From an uncultured virus (IMG/VR IMGVR_UViG_3300025391_000491) (lineage: Duplodnaviria > Heunggongvirae > Uroviricota > Caudoviricetes), in the IMG/VR virus record IMGVR_UViG_3300025391_000491: a stretch of DNA of 64,000 nucleotides; one strand, written 5' to 3'. The notes under the pieces were generated by a model, which worked only from the letters and a program-made list of their open reading frames with translations, was not told the DNA's origin and ran no database searches. The translations under genes and the position numbers were made by a program. Shown in pieces: positions 29,890-39,811 of the stretch. Each line of letters begins with the position of its first letter. Position 1 is the first letter of the stretch.

Positions 29890-30414
29890 ATGAGCTCATT
29901 AATGATTGACATCGAAACCATTGGGGTGGCACCTGCTGCTACTATTTTAACTATAGCTGCCCAATCATTTGACCCTTTAGGTACTGGATACTATGAACAA
30001 CATTACTATGCTAGGATTTCATTAGAAAGTCAGGAAAATCGAACCATTGATGATAGTACTTTAAATTGGTGGGCGACACAACCTGCTGAGGCACGAAATG
30101 AAGCATTTTCTGAAGAAGATCGTATTCCGTTAGATCAGGCACTAGATGAATTAGGCAAACTAATTTGGACCAGTAAATTTTTGTATTGTCAAGGCCCAAC
30201 ATTTGATTGCACAATTCTAGAACATGCCTATAAAAGTTATGGCAAGCCCATACCGTGGCAGTTCTACAATGTGCGTGACAGCAGGACGGTGTTTGGACTA
30301 TGGCCTGAACTACCCAAGCCTGCTACCACACACCATGCCTTGGAAGATTGTAGACGGCAGATTGAATTATTACAAAAAACATTACGACACCTAAATGTAA
30401 AGGCATTGACATGA
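29890..30414 (+). CDS. DEDDh 3'-5' exonuclease (DexA-like family)
   Basis: MIDIET, TLNWW, GPTFD..ILE, RDSRT, HHALED. Confidence 0.88.
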   Translation: MSSLMIDIETIGVAPAATILTIAAQSFDPLGTGYYEQHYYARISLESQENRTIDDSTLNWWATQPAEARNEAFSEEDRIPLDQALDELGKLIWTSKFLYCQGPTFDCTILEHAYKSYGKPIPWQFYNVRDSRTVFGLWPELPKPATTHHALEDCRRQIELLQKTLRHLNVKALT

Positions 30415-30448
30415 TTATCTTTTCCTGTTCGTATTGATAAATAGTTGT

Positions 30449-31201
30449 ATGTTCATTAAAAACAAGTATACACAATGTTATCAAAAAATTATTAATCAAT
30501 CACAAAATCGTCAGTTAATAGACGAATACACCGAACGTCATCATATTATTCCTAAAAGCATGGGCGGTGATGATAATATACATAATATAGCAACGCTTAC
30601 AGCGAGAGAACATTTTATTTGCCATTTATTGCTAACAAAAATGGTTAGCGGTCAAGAAAAATATAAGATGGTAAAAGCGGCATTAATGATGGCCCATATA
30701 ACAGGACCCGGTCAAGAAAGATACAAAGTCACTGGTCGGGTGTACGAGTTGCTAAAGTCGTCTCAGCCGCCTGTGCCGCAATCTACAAGAAATAAAAATA
30801 GTAAATCTCAAAAAGAAAGATTTAAAAATATACCAGGCACATTCAAGAATAAAAAACACAACGAAGAAACATTAAAAAAATTACGAAAACCTAAATCAGA
30901 AGAACAAAAATTAAATCATTCGCGTACTATGACAGGCAGATTTAAGGGTCGTATTCCACACAACAAAGGCAAAACATACGAAGAATTGTACGGCAATAAA
31001 AGAGCCACAGAATTAAAGGAAAAAGTAAAACGTCCAGGTGAAAAAAACGGATTCTATGGTAAACAACATTCGGCTATACAACGAGAGAGAAAAAGACAAG
31101 AAAAACTTGCGGCTCCTAAGAAAATGTGTTATTATTGTAATACAGAAGTAGATCCAATGAATTATGGGAGATGGCACGGTGATAAATGTAAACACAAATA
31201 A
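30449..31201 (+). CDS. HNH/NUMOD3 homing endonuclease
   Basis: ERHHIIPKSMGG...LTAREHFICH; GFYGKQHS; CYYC..RWHGDKC; AT-rich; TAAATA at 30438. Confidence 0.9.
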   Translation: MFIKNKYTQCYQKIINQSQNRQLIDEYTERHHIIPKSMGGDDNIHNIATLTAREHFICHLLLTKMVSGQEKYKMVKAALMMAHITGPGQERYKVTGRVYELLKSSQPPVPQSTRNKNSKSQKERFKNIPGTFKNKKHNEETLKKLRKPKSEEQKLNHSRTMTGRFKGRIPHNKGKTYEELYGNKRATELKEKVKRPGEKNGFYGKQHSAIQRERKRQEKLAAPKKMCYYCNTEVDPMNYGRWHGDKCKHK

Positions 31202-31862
31202 AAACCCTCTAATAATAGGCCTGGTTGGGTTCCAAGGCTCGGGCAAAGACACCATAGCCGACTACCTGGTGAACATACACGAGTTTAGACGTGAAAGTTT
31301 TGCCAATACTCTAAAAGATTCTGTGGCCGCTGTGTTTGGCTGGGATCGCAACATGCTGGAAGGACGCACCAAGCAGAGCCGAGAGTGGCGCGAACAACCA
31401 GATGCATGGTGGAGCGAACGATTGGGCATGTCGATCACGCCCAGATGGGTTCTGCAATACTGGGGAACCGAAGTATGCAGGAAAAACTTCCACGATGATA
31501 TCTGGATCGCCAGCCTGGAAAACAAACTGCGTACCAGCAGTGACAGCATAGTGATATCAGATTGCCGTTTCCCCAACGAGATACTCAGCATCAAGAGGGC
31601 CGGTGGCCGGATTGTGCGGGTAGTTCGCGGGCCAGAACCAGAATGGTATCGGTTCGCAGAGATGGTCAATCAAAAATCCAGCCCCACACTTGAACACAGC
31701 TGGGCCCAGGTCAAGCTGGACAAATTCAACGTACATGTGAGCGAAACTGCCTGGATTGGTACAGAGTTTGATCACATTATCACCAACAATGCCAGCTTAG
31801 ACGATCTGTATCGCCAGGTCACAGGTCTGGTTCAAGATCCCCAGACCGCCACGGTAGATTAG
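31179..31862 (+). CDS. Deoxynucleoside monophosphate kinase (T4 gp1-like)
   Basis: IIGLVGFQGSGKDT, SFA..LKD, PRWVLQ.WGTE, ISDCRFPNE, H.SE; start uncertain (31164 ATG or 31179 GTG). Confidence 0.9.
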   Translation: MINVNTNKNPLIIGLVGFQGSGKDTIADYLVNIHEFRRESFANTLKDSVAAVFGWDRNMLEGRTKQSREWREQPDAWWSERLGMSITPRWVLQYWGTEVCRKNFHDDIWIASLENKLRTSSDSIVISDCRFPNEILSIKRAGGRIVRVVRGPEPEWYRFAEMVNQKSSPTLEHSWAQVKLDKFNVHVSETAWIGTEFDHIITNNASLDDLYRQVTGLVQDPQTATVD

Positions 31863-32166
31863 ATCGACTCACGTGTATCACGCAGTTCTGACAGATAGTG
31901 CGTAGATTGCGCACATGGACATTGTTCATGTCACCGTCCACGTGATACACCAGCAGTTGTGCCACATACCTGGATCTAAACCCACACAATTCGCATGTGG
32001 TTTTTTTAGTATAGCCGCCTGATTGCCATTTGGGAACAGGTGGTCGTGGTCGTAGATTCCTTTTGATACAAGGGTCGCACCGACTGCGATAGTGCGTGCA
32101 TCCATCTCGGTGATAATTCACAGCACATAATCTTTGTTTACAGGTGTTGCACACGGGTCTGGTCAT
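31819..32166 (-). CDS. Small Zn-finger HNH nuclease-like protein
   Basis: Several CxxC motifs; HVDGDMNN...NLRTICQNC; minus-strand TAAATA at 32171-76. Confidence 0.75.
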   Translation of the reverse strand: MTRPVCNTCKQRLCAVNYHRDGCTHYRSRCDPCIKRNLRPRPPVPKWQSGGYTKKTTCELCGFRSRYVAQLLVYHVDGDMNNVHVRNLRTICQNCVIHVSRSNLPWRSGDLEPDL

Positions 32167-32262
32167 GCTGTATTTAAACCAAACCTTTGCAAAGGGGCCT
32201 GTGCCGAGCATTTTTTCTCAAGACTACATAAATATCAATACTAGAATATAAAGGATTATGAT

Positions 32263-35200
32263 ATGTCTCTACTGTCACCAGGTGTACAAGTTAGCATAAT
32301 TGACCAAAGCAATTATGTCCCAGGCGCTACCAATTCGGTTCCGTTCATTTTGCTGGCCACAGCCCAGAACAAGATTTCTGGTGCCGGAGTTGGCGTAGCA
32401 GCTGGCACGTTGGCTGCCAATGCCAACCGGACTTATCTGATGACCAGCCAACGAGATTTATTAAACACATTTGGTACTCCATTTTTCTACAGCACCACTG
32501 CTGGTGTTCCGATCAATGGCTACGAGCTCAACGAATACGGCCTACTAGCCGCCTATAGTGCCCTAGGCATCACCAATCAATGTTATGTACAACGTGTCAA
32601 CATTGACTTGGCTGCACTTACAGCCAGTCTAACACGTCCGGTTGGTACCCCGCCCAATGGTACCTATTGGTTAGATACTGTAAACAGTTCCTGGGGTATT
32701 TTTGAATGGAATGTGACCACCGGAGCATATACCAATCAGATTCCTAGTGTGATTACCAGCACTGCCAATCTTGTAAACGGAACAACTACTCCGCTGGCCA
32801 GCTACGGCAGCATTGGAAATTACACTGTGGTGGCTGGTGAGATACAAACTGCCAACATAGCAGGATCCTTGCAGAATCCCGAATACTACAAGCGTGGAGG
32901 TCCTACTGCCAGTCAGACCACTTCCAGTGCGCTCAGCTCGGTGTACAACAGCTGGGTCTTGGTCGGTAGCGATGACTGGAAGACCGCATGGCCCACAATC
33001 AGTGGCACGCAGAGTCCAGCCAATCTTGTAGCCAATACCAATATTGTTATCAACAACACCAACACTATCACTGTGCCATCCGCACCAAACAACACAGTGG
33101 CCAATGTGTCTGCGCAGATCAATGCTGCTAATATTTCAGGCGTGTATTCGGGCGTGATTGGTGGAACCATGTATCTTTATGCCGACAGTCAAGCACCAGG
33201 ATTTACAGGAACTGTGTCAAGCGGCACAGCCAATGTCACAGCTGGAACTGCTACCCTGGTATTCACCAATGGGGCCAATGTACCAACTCCATATCCAGTC
33301 GGCAGCACCATCACAGTGTCCGGAACTGCCAATACCAACTACAATGGCACTTACAATGTGACAGCCAGTACTAATACTTCGGTCACGTTTGATTTTGCCG
33401 GTGCCAATAGGTCTACCAATGTAGGAACAATAACCTGGCCCGACAGTGTCAGTATCTCAGGTACAGCTCTGTCTGCGCTGGGAATTGCTTCTGGATCATA
33501 TTCGACTCCGCAATATTTGGCCAGCAACAGTTATCAAAATCCAAGATGGACCAGCACCAGCGCCACACCTGCTCCTACCGGATCAGTATGGCAAAAGACC
33601 AACAACGTGAATCTTGGTACCAATCTGGTGTTAAAGCAATACAGCACCACTTTGGGAACATTTGTGGCACAGAATTGTCCAGTTTATGCCAACAATGCTA
33701 CAGCCAATTACAATCTTGATCCGTCGGGCGGCGGATACGACATTGGACAAGGCTATACCTATGCCCAGGTTGATGCGTACGGCAATGGAACTGCCACGTT
33801 CATGATCTGGCAACGCCATGCAGTAGGAGCCACAAACGTGACTGGTTATTCAGCACCAGGCGATGTGTTTACCGCAGGCAATCAATTTACTATTTCCGCC
33901 ACACAGGCCGGTAGTACGACTCTCAACACAGCCACGGCCACTCTCGAAGGCACCAGTCCAGCAGATTTCATTGCTGCTGTATCGTCTGCAGGTGTACCGT
34001 ATGTGAGTGCTACACTTAATAGTTCGGGACATGTAGTATTCACACACAGTCAAGGTGGAGATATACAACTGACCAGCATCTCGGGTGATCCTGTAGGTGA
34101 GGCCGGTTTTGCACTGGGCGAAAATATCGTGGGCTTGACTGCACTAGATGTGACCACAGTTGATACCCTGGTACTCAGCAACTGGGTCAGCTATCCTACT
34201 TTCTCTTATACCTCTAGCAACACTTCTCCAGATCAGAATCCGCTAAACGGAACTTACTGGTACTACAGCGATACCACCCAGGTGGATATCATGATACAGA
34301 ACAGCGGTCAATGGGTAGGATATCAAACTGTGACCAATGACATACGTGGCTACAATCTCAGTCTGACCAATGCCGCAGGTCCGCAAATTTCAGCTACGGC
34401 TCCTACCACACAAAACAACACAGCACAGTCACCGTTGGTTCACGGAGATCTCTGGATTGATACCAGCGACCTTGAACTGTACCCAGTGATCAATCGTTGG
34501 CAAAATGTCAATGGCCAGGATCAATGGGTGACCTTGGACAACAGCAACAGAACCACATCAAATGGCGTGCTGTTTGAAGATGCAAGATGGGCACCAAATG
34601 GAACCACAGATCCTGTGGCCGATGCCTTGCCAACCATTACCAGCCTGTTGACCAGCAACTATCTTGACCCGGATGCACCAAGTCCTAGCCTGTATCCAGA
34701 TGGTATCTTGCTGTGGAATACTCGACGTTCAGGATTCAATGTCAAGACCTTTGAATCCAACTACTTCAACAACACAGCTTACCCAGCCTATCAATGGCTC
34801 AGCACCACAGCCTACAGCATTGGCAATTTGGTCATGTACAACGGTGTTGTGTATATCGCACTCAAGCCCAGTACCAATCAGACCCCCGGAACTACTGTGT
34901 ACTGGACACCAATCACAGTGACCAATACTTGGAAGACCACCAGCGGCAACAGGCCCGATGGCAGCCCGTACATGGGTCGTCAGGCTCAACGTGCTATTAT
35001 CGTAGCCGCACTGCGTAGTGGAATTGATGCGAACACTACCATCAGAGAAGAACAGAATCAATTCAATCTCATAGCCTGTCCACAGTATCCAGAGCTGGCA
35101 CCAAATCTAGCTGTGCTCAACGTGGATCGAGGCCAAACTGCATTTGCTGTGGTTGATACTCCATTGCGATTGACACCAGACGAAATTGTCACTTGGTCTA

Positions 35201-35922
35201 CCAACAACAATGGTCTAGGCCTAATCACAGCCGACGGCAATCTTGATTCCGGAGATGCTTATGCTGGCGCTTTCTACCCTAGCTGTACCACAACTGACCT
35301 CAGTGGAAACTTGGTGGTGACATGCCCAAGTCACATGATGTTGCGTACCATTATACGCAGTGACGAAGTGTCTTATCCATGGTTGGCTCCATCCGGAACC
35401 AGACGTGGTGTGGTTGACAATGCTACCCAGATTGGTTATGTGAACGGCCAAACAGGTGCATTTGTACCACTAGGAGTCACACAAAGTCTACGTGATGTGC
35501 TGTATCAGCACAACATCAACCCAATCACGTTTATTCCGGGTGTGGGCATAACCAACTTTGGTAATCATACTCTGCAAGGAAGTGCCACTGCTCTTGATCG
35601 TATCAACGTGGCACGCTTGGTGGCGTTCTTGAGAGCCAGATTGAGTGCCATTGGCAAGACCTACTTGTTCGAGCCCAACGATACCATCACACGCCAACAG
35701 ATCACCAACAGCATAACCAATCTCATGATTGACTTGGTGGCCAAACGTGGAATCTATGACTACCTGGTTGTGTGCGATCTTACCAACAACACACCGGCTC
35801 GCATTGATGCCAATGAATTATGGGTTGATATCGCGATCGAGCCAGTCAAGGCTGTTGAGTTCATATACATACCAGTACGTATACAGAACACCGGTACCAT
35901 TGCAGCCCAAACTATAGCATAA
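32263..35922 (+). CDS. Contractile tail sheath protein (gp18-like) with large inserted domains
   Basis: LLSPGVQV..ID; PWLAPSG.RRG; RDVLY...INPI; DRINV.RL; LFEPND; NN.P.RID.NEL; KAVEFIYIP. Confidence 0.95.
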   Translation: MSLLSPGVQVSIIDQSNYVPGATNSVPFILLATAQNKISGAGVGVAAGTLAANANRTYLMTSQRDLLNTFGTPFFYSTTAGVPINGYELNEYGLLAAYSALGITNQCYVQRVNIDLAALTASLTRPVGTPPNGTYWLDTVNSSWGIFEWNVTTGAYTNQIPSVITSTANLVNGTTTPLASYGSIGNYTVVAGEIQTANIAGSLQNPEYYKRGGPTASQTTSSALSSVYNSWVLVGSDDWKTAWPTISGTQSPANLVANTNIVINNTNTITVPSAPNNTVANVSAQINAANISGVYSGVIGGTMYLYADSQAPGFTGTVSSGTANVTAGTATLVFTNGANVPTPYPVGSTITVSGTANTNYNGTYNVTASTNTSVTFDFAGANRSTNVGTITWPDSVSISGTALSALGIASGSYSTPQYLASNSYQNPRWTSTSATPAPTGSVWQKTNNVNLGTNLVLKQYSTTLGTFVAQNCPVYANNATANYNLDPSGGGYDIGQGYTYAQVDAYGNGTATFMIWQRHAVGATNVTGYSAPGDVFTAGNQFTISATQAGSTTLNTATATLEGTSPADFIAAVSSAGVPYVSATLNSSGHVVFTHSQGGDIQLTSISGDPVGEAGFALGENIVGLTALDVTTVDTLVLSNWVSYPTFSYTSSNTSPDQNPLNGTYWYYSDTTQVDIMIQNSGQWVGYQTVTNDIRGYNLSLTNAAGPQISATAPTTQNNTAQSPLVHGDLWIDTSDLELYPVINRWQNVNGQDQWVTLDNSNRTTSNGVLFEDARWAPNGTTDPVADALPTITSLLTSNYLDPDAPSPSLYPDGILLWNTRRSGFNVKTFESNYFNNTAYPAYQWLSTTAYSIGNLVMYNGVVYIALKPSTNQTPGTTVYWTPITVTNTWKTTSGNRPDGSPYMGRQAQRAIIVAALRSGIDANTTIREEQNQFNLIACPQYPELAPNLAVLNVDRGQTAFAVVDTPLRLTPDEIVTWSTNNNGLGLITADGNLDSGDAYAGAFYPSCTTTDLSGNLVVTCPSHMMLRTIIRSDEVSYPWLAPSGTRRGVVDNATQIGYVNGQTGAFVPLGVTQSLRDVLYQHNINPITFIPGVGITNFGNHTLQGSATALDRINVARLVAFLRARLSAIGKTYLFEPNDTITRQQITNSITNLMIDLVAKRGIYDYLVVCDLTNNTPARIDANELWVDIAIEPVKAVEFIYIPVRIQNTGTIAAQTIA

Positions 35923-35974
35923 TTTTGGCACGCACAGATACCATAAATAAAAGTACATTAGGAGATAGAGAAAA

Positions 35975-36613
35975 ATGGCTACATCATCATTAACCAAAAT
36001 GACCGTACCACTGGCCAGCGATCAGAGCAGTCCATCGCAAGGCCTGTTGATGCCCAAACTGAAGTATCGCTTCAGAGTCAGCTTCCAGAATTTTGGAGTA
36101 TCAAGCCCAGTAACAGAGCTGACCAAACAGGTGGTGGATTTCACTCGTCCCAACGTGACTTTTGAAAATATTGATCTTCCTATCTACAACAGTACTATCA
36201 AGTTGGCTGGCAAATACAGCTGGCAGGACATCACTTGCAACATACGTGATGATGCTGCTGGTAATGTGACTCGACTGGTTGGCGAACAACTACAGAAACA
36301 GTTGGATTTTGCTGAAATGAGTAGTGCCAGTTCGGGTATTGACTACAAGTTTACCACAGTGTTTGAAGTGCTAGACGGCGGCAATGGTACCAATGCTCCA
36401 ATCGCGTTAGAGACCTGGTCCATACTTGGTTGCTATCTACAAGGTGTCAACTACGGTGATATGAATTATGGCACAAACGAAGCCATGCAGATTGCATTGA
36501 CCATCCGCTTCGACAATGCTGTACAAGGTGTTGGCGGAACAGGTCCTGGTGTAGGACAAGCAATTGGTCGTACATTGGGTGATGTGGTCACTGGTGTTGG
36601 TACTGCACAATAA
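35975..36613 (+). CDS. Tail tube protein (gp19-like)
   Basis: Directly follows sheath; PKLKYRFRV; LAGK.SW; LTIRFDNA. Confidence 0.88.
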   Translation: MATSSLTKMTVPLASDQSSPSQGLLMPKLKYRFRVSFQNFGVSSPVTELTKQVVDFTRPNVTFENIDLPIYNSTIKLAGKYSWQDITCNIRDDAAGNVTRLVGEQLQKQLDFAEMSSASSGIDYKFTTVFEVLDGGNGTNAPIALETWSILGCYLQGVNYGDMNYGTNEAMQIALTIRFDNAVQGVGGTGPGVGQAIGRTLGDVVTGVGTAQ

Positions 36614-36626
36614 CTGATAGACCGCC

Positions 36627-37820
36627 ATGAACCTTAGCTCGTTTGGCGAGAACATCTTACAAGGATTCTTTGGTACCGATCAATTAAAAGATTATAGTCA
36701 TGCTTCTAGAACTTTTAGAAGCAACAACTATGAACTGACTCCAAGAACCAAGTATCTATTCCACTGCTTTTTCAATATCAACTCGGGCGAAATTCCGGCC
36801 CTGCGCACGGCTTTTGCAAACAATGACATAGCCAGTGTGGGGCTCATGGTCAAGACAGCCGATTTACCCAGCTTTGAAATTTCAGCCGAAACCCTGAATC
36901 AATACAATCGCAAAAGAATAGTACAGACCAAGATCAACTATCAACCGGTCACTATCACTTTGCATGATGATCAAAGCGATCTTATCAGGAATCTCTGGTA
37001 CAACTACTACACCTACTACTACAAAGATCCCACCTACGGTTACAACAACGTGCCCAACACCAGTGGCAGTCTAGGCCGGTCTCAAACCTTGCAAAATGGA
37101 TTTGGGTACAATACCTCCGACACTTATACCAATAGACAAAATACCGATTGGGGATTTATAGGCGAAAGCTATACTGACAGTAGCGCAGGCAATGCCTCAG
37201 GAAACAACAACGGAAAGCCTAGATTTTTCAACGATATCACCATATACGGTCTGGCACAAAAACGATTTGCCAGCTATATCTTGATCAATCCTGTCATCAC
37301 CAACTGGAAAAGTGATCAGTATGATTATAGCCAAGGTGCTGGCACCATGAGTCATACCCTGACTATCAGTTACGAATCAGTCAAGTACAACAGCGGAGCC
37401 ATCGGCGGCGCACAACCCAGCACCAGTGTGCCAGGATTTGCTGATCCAGCCCACTACGATACAACCAAGAGCAAGCTGTCAAGACCAGGTGGTACTGCCA
37501 CAGTGTTTGGACAAGGCGGTATCATTGATGCAGTATCGGGGGTAACCCAGGATCTTGAAGCCCTGGCATCGGGACAGGGTGGATTACAAAATATTATTGG
37601 TGCTGTACAAACAGCCGGCACGGCCTACAACACGTTTAAAAATGTCAACCTAGGACAGATAGCTGGTGCAGAAGTGCAGGGAGTAGCTACCAGTGTGATA
37701 CAACAGGGTTTTGCTGGCAACATGCGACAGGCCACTGCCACTGGCAACGGTCAACTGTTTCTAAATCCTCCTAGAGTAAATACTTCGGGCGCCACTATAC
37801 AATCACAACTGGGATTATAA
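36627..37820 (+). CDS. Tube-like baseplate/tube initiator protein
   Basis: VKTADLPSF, NQYNRK, Y.PV.ITLHDD, LTISYE. Confidence 0.65.
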   Translation: MNLSSFGENILQGFFGTDQLKDYSHASRTFRSNNYELTPRTKYLFHCFFNINSGEIPALRTAFANNDIASVGLMVKTADLPSFEISAETLNQYNRKRIVQTKINYQPVTITLHDDQSDLIRNLWYNYYTYYYKDPTYGYNNVPNTSGSLGRSQTLQNGFGYNTSDTYTNRQNTDWGFIGESYTDSSAGNASGNNNGKPRFFNDITIYGLAQKRFASYILINPVITNWKSDQYDYSQGAGTMSHTLTISYESVKYNSGAIGGAQPSTSVPGFADPAHYDTTKSKLSRPGGTATVFGQGGIIDAVSGVTQDLEALASGQGGLQNIIGAVQTAGTAYNTFKNVNLGQIAGAEVQGVATSVIQQGFAGNMRQATATGNGQLFLNPPRVNTSGATIQSQLGL

Positions 37821-37823
37821 ATC

Positions 37824-38183
37824 ATGGGTTCTGTAAACTACGCTAATCCCAACAAAGATGCCACAGTACAAATCTTTGATCAATTTTATGCTTACCAAAG
37901 TTCAGTCTCTGTTGACGAATACGATGCAGTCAATAGTTATTTTGTCAGTCAGTTTGGCACCGGTGAAGCTGCAGGAAACTTTACTGTGAGTCTGTTTAGA
38001 ACAGCAGAACTCAGTGGTACACCAGTCATGACCTTATTGCAAGAAATACGCGGCCAGACCGGACCAGATCTGACGCTGAGTCTGTCCTACTTTCTCAACG
38101 CCACTCGCAGCACTAGCACTCTGTTGGGGATCAATGTCAACACACAGCCCAATTTTTACGTGGCACACAACATCCGTAGCTGA
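37824..38183 (+). CDS. Hypothetical structural protein
   Basis: ORF within the tail operon. Confidence 0.65.
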   Translation: MGSVNYANPNKDATVQIFDQFYAYQSSVSVDEYDAVNSYFVSQFGTGEAAGNFTVSLFRTAELSGTPVMTLLQEIRGQTGPDLTLSLSYFLNATRSTSTLLGINVNTQPNFYVAHNIRS

Positions 38184-38241
38184 CTTAGTCAGAAAAGTAG
38201 AAAATGTTCATTACGTATTGATATATTATAGGAAATGTACC

Positions 38242-38685
38242 ATGCCCAATTTCTCTAGAGGAAAATTTGTAGTTACAAATTCTCAAAAATATGTAGGAAA
38301 AGGAGAGCCAACTTGGAGAAGTAGCTGGGAATGGGCTTTCATGAATTTCTGCGACAACAACAACAATATATTGCAATGGGCCAGCGAACCAGTTCGCATA
38401 CCCTACCAACATCCGCTTACAGGCAAAATGACCACCTATGTTCCGGATTTTATTGTGACCTATCGTGGACCCAACAATACCACCCGTGCTGAACTGATTG
38501 AAATCAAACCTACCAGCCAAAGTCGTTTGTTGGAAAACCAAAGTCAGCGAGATCGTGCCCAAGTGGCAATCAATCATTGCAAATGGGCTGCAGCTTCAAC
38601 CTGGTGCAAGCGCAACGGACTCACATTCAGAGTCATTACCGAAACAGATATCTTTAGACAAGGCAAGCCCGGCCGCGGTAAATAG
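38242..38685 (+). CDS. Head completion nuclease (T4 gp4-like, TnsA-type PD-(D/E)XK)
   Basis: RSSWE, WASEP..IPY, YVPDF, IEIKP, KW.AA, FRVITE. Confidence 0.85.
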   Translation: MPNFSRGKFVVTNSQKYVGKGEPTWRSSWEWAFMNFCDNNNNILQWASEPVRIPYQHPLTGKMTTYVPDFIVTYRGPNNTTRAELIEIKPTSQSRLLENQSQRDRAQVAINHCKWAAASTWCKRNGLTFRVITETDIFRQGKPGRGK

Positions 38686-38688
38686 GGT

Positions 38689-39177
38689 ATGACAAAGAAA
38701 TTAGAAGAATTATTTCAGTTCGATCGACTCGACCCTGTCTCGGAAACTGATGAACCAATACTCACTGTGGAACAAACTCGTGAAACTATTGTGGCCATTG
38801 ACACCAACATAGACAAAATTGATGCGGCCTTGCCGGGCATACAAGATCTTGATACCTTGGATCGAGAACTGGATGAATTGGCCGACTTGGCCAAACAAAG
38901 CTACCAGGATCTCAGTGATCTGGGCATGAACATAGAATCCAGATTCGCAGCCGAACTGTTTGCTGTGGCTGGTACCATGCTGGGGCACGCACTCACCGCC
39001 AAAACTACCAAGCTGAACAAACGATTAAAGATGATTGATCTACAGTTGAAGAAACTCAAACTGGATAGAGATGCTCCCGAGACCGACGATATACCCACAG
39101 CCGAAGGACATTTGATGAGTCGCAATGATCTGCTGGAACGCTTGATTGCCACTCGAGATCAAAAAAATCAATCTTGA
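38689..39177 (+). CDS. Probable terminase small subunit
   Basis: Helical/coiled-coil protein ending in G..MSRNDLL; late promoter; context upstream of terL. Confidence 0.5.
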   Translation: MTKKLEELFQFDRLDPVSETDEPILTVEQTRETIVAIDTNIDKIDAALPGIQDLDTLDRELDELADLAKQSYQDLSDLGMNIESRFAAELFAVAGTMLGHALTAKTTKLNKRLKMIDLQLKKLKLDRDAPETDDIPTAEGHLMSRNDLLERLIATRDQKNQS

Positions 39178-39200
39178 TAAATATCATATAAGGAAAAATT

Positions 39201-39809
39201 ATGAAAAAATTCCACGATTATCTGGCCGAGTCCGAACGAACCTATAACTATCGAATCAAGATAGCCGGCGATGTACCAACCGGATTCGTCAAGGACCTGG
39301 GTGAAAAACTCAAGCAGTTCGACGTTGTAAAAATGTCAACAGCCAAGACCACACCAGTACAGGCACGCCTGAACGACTTTCCAGAAATTGAAAACGATCG
39401 AGTCACACACATGGATGTGGAGTTCCGGTATCCGGCTGTAGAGCCGCAGATCAAACAGATTGCGCAACTGTTGATGTTTGATCCCAACAGAATCAGAATG
39501 TTGACCACACCCTACGAGGACAGCATGGATGAGGAAACTCGCAAGATCCAAGAGCAAAACCAGGATCTTCTCGCAGATACAGATTTTCCTGCACCCGACA
39601 AACAGCAAAAGGCCTTGTACAAAGACTACAGTACCGAATACAACAATCATGCTGTGTTAAAAAATGCGTACAGAAGCGAATACACCGTGGCCGGTGGACC
39701 AACACCAGCCGCCAAGACAACCAATGATCTGCCCATGGGCAACAAGAGTCCAATGACCACGATCAAGTTGCCACCAAAACCGCCCACCGGCAGTAAACCA
39801 AGAGGATAA
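39201..39809 (+). CDS. Putative internal head protein
   Basis: N-terminus MKKFHDYLAE resembles the T4 capsid-targeting sequence. Confidence 0.6.
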   Translation: MKKFHDYLAESERTYNYRIKIAGDVPTGFVKDLGEKLKQFDVVKMSTAKTTPVQARLNDFPEIENDRVTHMDVEFRYPAVEPQIKQIAQLLMFDPNRIRMLTTPYEDSMDEETRKIQEQNQDLLADTDFPAPDKQQKALYKDYSTEYNNHAVLKNAYRSEYTVAGGPTPAAKTTNDLPMGNKSPMTTIKLPPKPPTGSKPRG

Positions 39810-39811
39810 AC

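Noticed and set aside
30411..31220. Group I intron in the dNMP kinase gene
   Set aside because: The HNH ORF fills nearly the whole insert, leaving no room for a ribozyme core, and no P7-like elements were seen.
38184..38340. AT-rich gap and gp4 5' end as a possible endonuclease scar
   Set aside because: Too short, with no recognisable motif to support the idea.
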